Shown: piece by piece, positions 57,538-64,000 of the stretch
Position numbering within the stretch: position 1 is the first letter of the stretch
Layout: each line of letters opens with the position of its first letter
DNA from: Brevundimonas sp.
GTDB lineage: Bacteria > Pseudomonadota > Alphaproteobacteria > Caulobacterales > Caulobacteraceae
Length of the DNA: 64,000 nucleotides
Assembly (NCBI RefSeq): GCF_032055285.1
Contig: NZ_DAMBRE010000008.1
Span: 19,697 to 83,696 of the forward strand
Direction of reading: 5' to 3'
Program-made: the position numbers and the translations under genes
Notes under the pieces: generated by a model
What the model was told of the DNA's origin: nothing
The model's database searches: none
The model's input: the letters and a program-made list of their open reading frames with translations, nothing else

Positions 57538-57716
57538 CCCTTCTCCCGATGGGAGAAGGTGGCCCGAAGGGCCGGATGAGGGTTCCCGATGTCCGTCGGC
57601 GTAAGCCGTCGCGCTGCGGCTCACGCCGACTGATTCACCAGCCCCTCACCCTTTCGCCTTGCCAATCGCTTCGCTCTTGGAGGCTCAAGCCCTCTCCCGC
57701 CGGGAGAGGGCTCAGC
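57538..57716 (-). mobile_element. Miniature (ORF-less) derivative of the DUF559 cassette
   Basis: 57539-57606 aligns with the reverse complement of 36150-36218. 57641-57716 aligns with the reverse complement of 35708-35786. Only about 35 nt separates the two ends here. Confidence 0.55.
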
Positions 57717-57724
57717 TTCAGCCC

Positions 57725-58948
57725 CTACGAGGCCGCGAATTTCATCAGCTTGATCGCGTCGAAGTTCTGCACCCCGCCGCCCACGCGCTTGGTCGTGTAG
57801 AACAGCACATAGGGCTTGACCGAATAGGGGTCGCGCAGCACCCGCACCCCTGCGCGATCCACGATCAGATAGCCGCGCGAAAAGTCCCCGAACGCGATCG
57901 ACAGACTGTTGGCCGCCACATCCGGCATGGTCTCGATCTCGGTGACCGGATAGCCCAGCAGGCTTGCCGTCTCGCCGGGCCGCGTCGCCGGCGACCAGAT
58001 GTAGTTCCCGTCCGCGTCCTTGAACTTGCGCACCGCCGAGACCGTGCGCCGGTTCATCACGAAACGCCCGTTCGGTCGATACTGGGCCTTGGGCGCATAG
58101 ATCAGGTCGATCAGCTTGTCCGCCGGGTTCGTGCTGGCGAAAGCGCCCGCCCCACCCGACGCCACCGTGCCGATCTGGCCCCAGGTCTGCGTCCCTTCCG
58201 TCGCCGTGGCGTAGGCCAGGAAGCCCTTGGGCTTGTTGACCCCGTCGCCGCTGACGAAGGCCGCCGTCTCCTGCGCCGCAAAGGCGTCCTCGACCTCGGC
58301 GGCCAGCCATTCGTCCAGGTCGATCAGGGCGTCGTCCAGCAGGCTCTGCGTCGCCGCCGGACAGGCGTAGAGATCGGCCGATGCGAACTCCAGCAGCGCC
58401 AGGGTCGCCGGGTCGGTCTCGGGCCTGGCCGCCGTCTCGGCCACCCAGCCCGCCGTCACGCCCGCCGTCGACACCGGCTTCCTGAACACGCCCGAACCCA
58501 CCGTGCGCACCGTGGCGATCTCGCGCATCGGCGACCCGGCCATCAGGCGCCGCTCGATGGCCCGCTCCGTCTCCGGCGGCACGACATAGCCCGCCGAGTT
58601 CGACGCCGACGACAGCCCCGCTTTCAGCTCCAGACCATGGGCTTGACCCGATTTCATATAGCCGTCCCACGCCGCCTTGGCCTCCGGCGCCGCCGCCACA
58701 GCCGGCTCACCGCCGAGCATCGGACGACGGCTCTCGCTCAGCGCACGATCCAGCCGCGCCTGCGCCCCGGCCACCGCCTGATCGATGCGCGCCACCTTCT
58801 CCTCCAGCAGCGCATCGGCCGACGCCTTCTTCTCGATCTCGTCCAGTCGGGCGTCATTGGCCCCTTTGAACGCCTCGAACGCCGCCATCATCTCATGCAT
58901 GGCGGCGCGCGCCTCGGGCGATGCCGAGGCGGTCTTGGTCTCTTTCAT
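57725..58948 (-). CDS. GTA g5-like HK97-family major capsid protein
   Basis: MKETKTASASPEARAAMHEMMAAFEAFKGANDARLDEIEKK (scaffold-like delta region), then the HK97 fold pattern. GGAGAG SD; ATG 58948 lies inside the 59059 ORF. Confidence 0.9.
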   Translation of the reverse strand: MKETKTASASPEARAAMHEMMAAFEAFKGANDARLDEIEKKASADALLEEKVARIDQAVAGAQARLDRALSESRRPMLGGEPAVAAAPEAKAAWDGYMKSGQAHGLELKAGLSSASNSAGYVVPPETERAIERRLMAGSPMREIATVRTVGSGVFRKPVSTAGVTAGWVAETAARPETDPATLALLEFASADLYACPAATQSLLDDALIDLDEWLAAEVEDAFAAQETAAFVSGDGVNKPKGFLAYATATEGTQTWGQIGTVASGGAGAFASTNPADKLIDLIYAPKAQYRPNGRFVMNRRTVSAVRKFKDADGNYIWSPATRPGETASLLGYPVTEIETMPDVAANSLSIAFGDFSRGYLIVDRAGVRVLRDPYSVKPYVLFYTTKRVGGGVQNFDAIKLMKFAAS

Positions 58949-59057
58949 GCTCTCTCCGGTTGAAGAACCGCGTATCGCGGTTACGCTCGAGCGCGACCGT
59001 CGAACGGTCGCACCCTGTTCCTGCCGCCGCACGGGACGCCCCCTGAAAGGATCGCCC

Positions 59058-59867
59058 ATGCGGCTGCCGTTAGTCTCTCTGCTCGCCGCCCTGTCCCTGA
59101 GCCTTGCCTCAGCCGTTCAGGCCGCCGACGACAAACCGCCGCCCCAGGTCGAGGTCTGGTCGCTGACGCAAACCGGCGCCATCGGCTCGGCCATCTTCGT
59201 CCAGGACCGCGCCGCCTGGCGCGCCACTGACGTCCTCCTGCCCCTGCTGGAAGACCGGCCGGACCACGGCCTGATCGGCTGGATCGTGGTCGATCAGGGC
59301 GACGCCCAACTCGTCCGTTTCCTGCGCGGCGATCCGACCGCCCCGCTGCCCGGCTATGACATCCTCGTCGACAAGAACGGCGATGCGGGTCCGGCGGTCC
59401 AGTCAAAGGACGCCGCCCTGCCCGACGATCAGATCGCGCACTACCTGGCCCGCAACCTCGCCGTCGCCAACATCGGCGACCTGCGCTGCACCGCCAGTTT
59501 CAACACGGTCGTGCTGGACGACCCCGACAGCGACGGCTGGCTGGTCTGGCTGCTGGCCGCCACCACCGACGCCAATATTGTCCCCATGGGCGGCCACTAC
59601 CGCTTCCACGTCAGCGCCGACGGCCGCTCCCTCGAAAAGCGTGAACAACTGTCAGGCGGCTGCCTGAACATGGACCGGCGCCAGGCCGGTCAGGACGGCC
59701 AACCCGCCGCCCTCTTCACCACCGTCCTCGTCGCCCCCCAGCCGCTCGAGGTTCATGTCTTCTTGTCCCTGCTCAACCGTCTGCCGATTGTCATTGGAAC
59801 CGGCGACAAGATCTGGGCGGTAGAGGGCACGATGATCCAAGAAGTCGATACTTCCAAGACGAGATAG
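59058..59867 (+). CDS. Secreted hypothetical protein (269 aa), cargo in GTA cluster
   Basis: Signal peptide MRLPLVSLLAALSLSLASAVQA; AAAGGA SD. I recognise no family. Confidence 0.6.
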   Translation: MRLPLVSLLAALSLSLASAVQAADDKPPPQVEVWSLTQTGAIGSAIFVQDRAAWRATDVLLPLLEDRPDHGLIGWIVVDQGDAQLVRFLRGDPTAPLPGYDILVDKNGDAGPAVQSKDAALPDDQIAHYLARNLAVANIGDLRCTASFNTVVLDDPDSDGWLVWLLAATTDANIVPMGGHYRFHVSADGRSLEKREQLSGGCLNMDRRQAGQDGQPAALFTTVLVAPQPLEVHVFLSLLNRLPIVIGTGDKIWAVEGTMIQEVDTSKTR

Positions 59868-59874
59868 GATAGGC

Positions 59875-60210
59875 ATGCCCGCCCCGATCTTCGCCCTCGC
59901 CGACCTCTGGACCAGCCTGACCCAGCCGCTGATCCTGGCTTTCTTCCTCAGCCTTTTCCCGCCCGGGACCTTCTCCCATGAGAAGTCCCTCAAGACGCCC
60001 CGGTGGCGGTTCGCGGCTGTCGTCTTCCTTTTGACGCTGGTCGCCAGCGTCCCAGCTTCCCTCGTGAAGTCCGCCTTCCAGCGCGGCGCTGTCGCCTCGG
60101 GATCGGAGCACCCCATTCTGGTCGGAGTCGCCGCCGGTCTTATGGTTCTCGTTCCATGTGTGTTGCTCGTCCGCTATTTGGCGCTGTGGTTCTTTTCACG
60201 ACCGGCCTGA
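59875..60210 (+). CDS. Small three-TM membrane protein (111 aa), cargo in GTA cluster
   Basis: It starts 7 nt after the upstream stop and has hydrophobic segments. Its last 71 nt are antisense to the 3' end of g4. Confidence 0.45.
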   Translation: MPAPIFALADLWTSLTQPLILAFFLSLFPPGTFSHEKSLKTPRWRFAAVVFLLTLVASVPASLVKSAFQRGAVASGSEHPILVGVAAGLMVLVPCVLLVRYLALWFFSRPA

Positions 60211-60757
60211 ACCGCGCTCCCGGCAGCATGGGGAAGGTCACCAGAGACACCTCCCACAGCTCCACCGCGCTCAGCACCCGCAACCGCCCCTCGCGCCGCG
60301 CCTTCGCCGCGCGGAAGCCGATCGACAGCCCGTCCAGCGCCCCCGCCCGCGTCAGGGCGGCGGCGTAGCGCGCCTCGCCCGACCAGTCGCAGATGCGCCC
60401 GCGCACCCTCAAACCCCGCTCGTCCTCGACCATCTCGTCCCAGACGCCGACCACGGCCCGGCTCTCGTGCTGGTGCAGCATCCGCACTCCGCCCGCGCCC
60501 GTCTTCGCCAGACTGTCGGCGAACGCCCCCCGCGCGACGACGTCCCCGTTCAGGTCGGCGACGCCCCACAGTGAGGCGTAGCCTTCGATCACCACGACGC
60601 CCTTCTCCCTCCCCTTCATGGGGAGGGTGGCTGAGCCCGCAGGGCGAAGTCGGGTGGGGGCGGCAAGGCTATTCAAGCGCCGAGCCTGCATCGCCGCGCC
60701 CTCCCCACCCGGTCGCTTCGCGACCACCCTCCCCATGAAGGGGAGGGAGAAAACCAT
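60140..60757 (-). CDS. GTA g4-like HK97 prohead protease, 5' end runs through repeat B3
   Basis: VVIEGYASLWGVADLNGDVVARGAF...LSIGF...WEVSLVTFPMLPGA. Candidate starts are ATG 60757 (6 nt after the g3.5 stop), in-repeat ATGs, or GTG 60595/60592 just past the repeat. Confidence 0.8.
   Translation of the reverse strand: MVFSLPFMGRVVAKRPGGEGAAMQARRLNSLAAPTRLRPAGSATLPMKGREKGVVVIEGYASLWGVADLNGDVVARGAFADSLAKTGAGGVRMLHQHESRAVVGVWDEMVEDERGLRVRGRICDWSGEARYAAALTRAGALDGLSIGFRAAKARREGRLRVLSAVELWEVSLVTFPMLPGARFRPVVKRTTAPNSGRATHMEREP
60604..60750. repeat. Family-B repeat (copy B3)
   Basis: Perfect 27-bp TIRs; 147 bp; very similar to B4. Confidence 0.75.
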
Positions 60758-60763
60758 GCCGCA

Positions 60764-60988
60764 TCACTTCTCCTCCAGCCGCCGCTCGATCCGGTCCACC
60801 GTCGCGCGCACCGCCTCGCCCTGGGCCTCCACCCGCGCCAGCCGCTCAGCCACCAGCCTCTGCTCGCCGACCCTCTGCTCCAGGGTCGCGATCCGCGCCG
60901 CCGCGCCCCCGGCCCAGACCAGGCCGCCAATGGTCTGCACCAGCAGGGCCGCGATCAGGGCGACGGGAATTTTTCGCAACTTAGTCAT
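60764..60988 (-). CDS. Small membrane-anchored coiled-coil protein at the GTA g3.5 position
   Basis: MTKLRKIPVALIAALLVQTIGGLVWAGGAAARIATLEQRV...; ATG 60988 is preceded by AAGGTGG (ORF opens at GTG 60997). Confidence 0.55.
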   Translation of the reverse strand: MTKLRKIPVALIAALLVQTIGGLVWAGGAAARIATLEQRVGEQRLVAERLARVEAQGEAVRATVDRIERRLEEK

Positions 60989-61000
60989 CTTCACCACCTT

Positions 61001-61148
61001 TCTCCCTCCCCTTCATGGGGAGGGTGGTTGAGCCCGAAGGGCGAAACCGGGTGGGGGGCGGCGTGGCTATTCACACGCCGAGCCTGCATCACCGCGCCCT
61101 CCCCACCCGGTCGCTTCGCGACCACCCTCCCCATGAAGGGGAGGGAGA
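61001..61148. repeat. Family-B repeat (copy B4)
   Basis: Perfect 27-bp TIRs; it fills the portal/g3.5 spacer. Confidence 0.75.
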
Positions 61149-61158
61149 GGCGTCGCGC

Positions 61159-62331
61159 CTAATCGCCCACCCCCGCCATCCGCCTGCGCTCCTCGTCCGT
61201 CAGGAACCCCGCCGCATTCAGCCGCGCCCACAGGGCGTCCCGCTCGACCTGCAGGGCCGGAACCGCGTCCAGGTCCGGCTCGATCCGACAGTCGCTGAAC
61301 CGCCCGCCCAGCCAGCCCGTCATCGCCCCCGCCGCCTTCCTCACCAGAGGGATCACCGTCCCGCGCCAGAAGGCCGCATTGGCCTCGCGATAGTTGGCGT
61401 AGGTCGCGTCGCCGGGGATCCCCAGCAGCTGCGGCGGCACGCCGAAGGCCAGGGCGATCTCGCGCGCCGCCGCGTGCTTGCCGGCGATGAAGTCCATGTC
61501 GTGCGGCGTCAGGCTCATCGGCTTCCAGTCCAGCCCGCCTTCCAGCAACAGCGGCCGCCCGGCGTTGCGCGCCCCCGCATGGGCCTCGCCCAGCTCCGCC
61601 TTCAGCGCCTCGAACTGCTCGCCCGTCAGCCGCTCGCCGTCCTTGGCACCGTAAATCAGCGCCCCGCTCGGCCGCGCCGCATTGTCCAGCAGCGCCTTGT
61701 TCCAGGCCCCCGAGGCGTTGTGCACGTCGATGGCGAAGGCCGCCGCCTCCAGTGGTGAAAACCCGTAGTGATCGTCCGTCGGATGAAACAGCTTCAGGTG
61801 CATGACCGGCGACCAGCCGTCCCCATGCCGCCCGATCCGCACTGCCTGTCCGCCGACCGCATACTCATAGGCCTCGGGCCAGCCCGCCCTTCCGGGAACC
61901 ACCTTCACCCGGTCGGGCCGCAGCGCCCACAACTCGTCAGGAACACCGTCGCCGTGCGCGTCCCCCGACGCCTCGACATAGGCGTTGCCCGCCGTCTGCA
62001 GCGCGCCGTAAACCGCCTCCATCAACTCCCCGCCCGACTGCTCGGGATTAGGCTTGGCCAGCAGCCGCGCCAGCGGATGATCCGTCGTCCGCACGCCCGC
62101 GACCATGACCATCAGGGGCGTCGACGCCGCCGCCTCCGCGATCATCCGCACGCAGCGATAGGCCACGGCGTTCCTGGCGAACCCCTCGTCCGCCAGATGC
62201 GCATAGTCGCGCGGCGTCCACCGCGCCCGGCCCGCCCCCGTCAGGGCGATCAGCGGCCCGGTGCGTGACATCTTCTCCTCGCGCACGGCCTCGCCCTGTC
62301 GTCCCTGCCATCGCCACCACCCCATGCTCAC
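61159..62331 (-). CDS. GTA g3-like HK97-family portal protein
   Basis: 390 aa; ...ARWTPRDYAHLADEGFARNAVAYRCVRMIAEAAAS... and the C-terminal portal pattern. Confidence 0.9.
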   Translation of the reverse strand: MSMGWWRWQGRQGEAVREEKMSRTGPLIALTGAGRARWTPRDYAHLADEGFARNAVAYRCVRMIAEAAASTPLMVMVAGVRTTDHPLARLLAKPNPEQSGGELMEAVYGALQTAGNAYVEASGDAHGDGVPDELWALRPDRVKVVPGRAGWPEAYEYAVGGQAVRIGRHGDGWSPVMHLKLFHPTDDHYGFSPLEAAAFAIDVHNASGAWNKALLDNAARPSGALIYGAKDGERLTGEQFEALKAELGEAHAGARNAGRPLLLEGGLDWKPMSLTPHDMDFIAGKHAAAREIALAFGVPPQLLGIPGDATYANYREANAAFWRGTVIPLVRKAAGAMTGWLGGRFSDCRIEPDLDAVPALQVERDALWARLNAAGFLTDEERRRMAGVGD

Positions 62332-62343
62332 CCTCCAGACAGC

Positions 62344-62374
62344 AAAAGGCCCCGGTCTTCCTCAGACCGGGGCC
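62344..62374 (-). terminator. Intrinsic terminator between the inserted IPTL-CTERM gene and the portal gene
   Basis: Minus sense: GGCCCCGGTCT-GAGGA-AGACCGGGGCC followed by TTTTGCTGT. Confidence 0.65.
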
Positions 62375-62404
62375 GCGCTCGACCTCAATATTTCCAAAAG
62401 CGGT

Positions 62405-63055
62405 TTAGCCCGCCGTGGTCCTACGCTTCTGCAGCAGAACCACCGCGCCCCCGGCCATCGCCAAGGCCATCAGCATCATCGCCCACTCCGTCATCGTCGG
62501 AATGGCCGCAGGCGCCGCCGCATGGCCAAACTCAGCGATGAAACGGGCATCCTGGCTCATGAAGGCCGACGCCGCATTGAAATAGACCTTCAGCCAGAAG
62601 CCATCGGCATAGCTCCCCGGAACGACGATCTCGATCTCGCCGTCACCGCTGACGACTTCAAGCGCCAGCATATACTGTTGACCCGCGACAACCGGCGCAT
62701 CGAACTCAAAGGTGACGGCTCTCGCCGTCGTCCCCGTCAAAATCTGGTCTGCGCCCGTTTCGATGACCTGGTTGGCGTACGTATCCGAAACAGAGTGATA
62801 GCCCCGGACCGCAGGCCGCACCGTCACGCCGCTCGCGCCGGGTTTGATCCAATAGGTGAACCGCTTCACCCGGTCGTAGCCGGAGGGCGCGGTGACGACC
62901 TGCCCGATCCGGTCTGCGGGATCATTCTCGACCATGGTCGTCATGATCCCCGCCACATCATGCTCGACCTGCTGAGCCACGGCGCTCCCCGCCGCGCTCC
63001 AAACGCCCAACGCCGCCACCATGGCCACGACGCCCATCCGAACCTTTTGCAGCAC
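62405..63055 (-). CDS. Secreted protein with IPTL-CTERM tail, cargo between terminase and portal
   Basis: Signal peptide and C-terminus AAIPTMTEWAMMLMALAMAGGAVVLLQKRR. G+C is visibly lower than in the flanking genes. Start is GTG 63055 or ATG 63037. Confidence 0.7.
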   Translation of the reverse strand: MLQKVRMGVVAMVAALGVWSAAGSAVAQQVEHDVAGIMTTMVENDPADRIGQVVTAPSGYDRVKRFTYWIKPGASGVTVRPAVRGYHSVSDTYANQVIETGADQILTGTTARAVTFEFDAPVVAGQQYMLALEVVSGDGEIEIVVPGSYADGFWLKVYFNAASAFMSQDARFIAEFGHAAAPAAIPTMTEWAMMLMALAMAGGAVVLLQKRRTTAG

Positions 63056-63134
63056 AGAACCCTCACTTGGTCATTCAAACCTCTCGCTCAGTAATCGAGA
63101 TTTCTTAACAAGCGTGGCCGTGAACGAAGCGCGA

Positions 63135-64000
63135 TCACAACGCCCGCAACCTCGGCTGCGTCTTCCCGGCCAGCAGCAGATGCGTCAGCGCCCACACCAG
63201 GGCGTCCGCGCGGTCGGGGCTTTTCGCCCCCGCCGCCTCGCTCCCCAGCGCCATCATCTCTTCTTCCAGCGCCGGGAAGGCCCCGCAGTGGACCACCCGC
63301 CCCTGCTCGTAGAGCGCCGCCACCGGCTCGGCCCGGGCCTTCTTCGACCGGCTGGCGTGAACCAGCTTCACCTGCGCCGGACAGTCCGCCTGCCCCAGCA
63401 GGGTCCGCACCATCTCGCCGCCCTGATTGGCCTCGGCCAGCACCAGGTCGGCCTCGAACGCCGCCGCCGTCTCTGCCACGCGCTTCGCCCATCCGGCGGG
63501 CGACAGCCCGCGCGCCGAACGATCCGCCAGCACGTATCCGACCTTGTCCTTCCTGCCCGCCGCCACGATGCCGCAAGCGTCGCCGTGAGCGCTGGCCGGC
63601 GGGTCCACCGCCACCACCACCCGCTCGAACTTCGCCGGGCGCGAACCCCGCGCCCGCGCCAGGTCCTCGGCCCGGAACAGGGCGCCGTCGGCCTCGACGA
63701 TCAGCCCCTCCATCTCCTGCGCCTCCAGCCGCGTCCCGGCGTAGAGGGCCTGCAGATGCCCCAGGAACCCCGGCGCCAGATTGCCCGCATTGGCCGCCGT
63801 CGCCAGCCGCGCCTTCACCACCCCCGGCTCGGCCAACAGCCGCCGCAGCGCCGCGATCGGCCGCGGCGTCGTGGTGATGGCCAGCTTGGGATCGTCCCCC
63901 AGCCGCAGCCCGAACCTCAGGTTCGCCAGCGTCGCCTCCGCGTGCCGCCAGGCGCAGAACTCGTCCGCCCAGGCCGCATGAAACTGCGGCCCCCGCAGGC
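63135..64000 (-). CDS. GTA g2-like terminase large subunit (3' part; gene continues past the window)
   Basis: The frame is open to nt 64000 (...GPQFHAAWADEFCAWRHAE...ITTTPRP...). The nuclease domain shows VAVDPPAS...DACGIV...; the ORF-track start at 63836 is an internal TTG. Confidence 0.85.
   Translation of the reverse strand, partial: LRGPQFHAAWADEFCAWRHAEATLANLRFGLRLGDDPKLAITTTPRPIAALRRLLAEPGVVKARLATAANAGNLAPGFLGHLQALYAGTRLEAQEMEGLIVEADGALFRAEDLARARGSRPAKFERVVVAVDPPASAHGDACGIVAAGRKDKVGYVLADRSARGLSPAGWAKRVAETAAAFEADLVLAEANQGGEMVRTLLGQADCPAQVKLVHASRSKKARAEPVAALYEQGRVVHCGAFPALEEEMMALGSEAAGAKSPDRADALVWALTHLLLAGKTQPRLRAL

Larger units (their letters stand above)
47689..64000 (-). other. RcGTA-type gene transfer agent head-tail structural cluster (g2 to g15), continuing beyond the window
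   Basis: Canonical gene order and small sizes (180-aa tape measure; DUF2460/DUF2163/NlpC-P60/1131-aa g15 set). No integrase, replication or lysis genes occur within the region. Confidence 0.8.

Noticed and set aside
51536-61148. Possibility that the recurring 'GGGGAGGG' repeats form a CRISPR array.
   Set aside because: The units are 120-150 bp long and internally palindromic. They are irregularly spaced (0.4-5 kb apart), separated by conserved protein-coding genes, and belong to two different families. There is no short direct repeat/spacer periodicity and no cas genes.
47689-64000. Interpreting the region as an intact or cryptic prophage.
   Set aside because: The gene sizes and the specific g12-g15 set match GTA clusters. 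Within the 16 kb seen there is no integrase, repressor, replication or lysis module and no att-like tRNA border. The left neighbour is an ordinary J-protein gene. The right end is outside the window, so this is not absolute.

Overview
High-GC (about 65-68% by eye) alphaproteobacterial chromosome segment. Gene content and synteny look most like Caulobacterales (Brevundimonas/Caulobacter type; inference). Nt 1-47.6 kb is mostly housekeeping: two UDG-superfamily glycosylases, Slt, a sugE/gdx exporter behind a guanidine-II (mini-ykkC) riboswitch, a dispersed purine set (purB, purC-purS, purQ, purL, purT, purA), zapA-6S RNA-MTHFS, tkt, gap-pgk-fba, cstA, two S41 peptidases, rluD, rpoH, serC and a CbpA-like J-protein. 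Accessory pieces are interspersed: three IPTL-CTERM-type surface proteins, an MFS pump and a DUF559 cassette. Nt 47.7-64 kb (minus strand) is an RcGTA-type gene transfer agent head-tail cluster running from terminase to g15. All its ORFs are intact, but it is unusually colonised. Seven structured palindromic repeats sit at gene junctions, two of them inside the 5' ends of g4 and g14. There are also three cargo insertions: an IPTL-CTERM protein with its own terminator, a secreted protein plus small membrane protein, and a tandem pair of cold-shock-like/DUF805 membrane proteins. The best candidates for undescribed biology are this cargo- and repeat-laden GTA cluster (especially the CSD-like/DUF805 pair) and the DUF559 cassette with its miniature derivative. 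No rRNA, tRNA, CRISPR array, transposase or integrase was recognised. All function calls rest on motif recognition by eye, not on database searches. The ORF track renders GTG/TTG starts as M.
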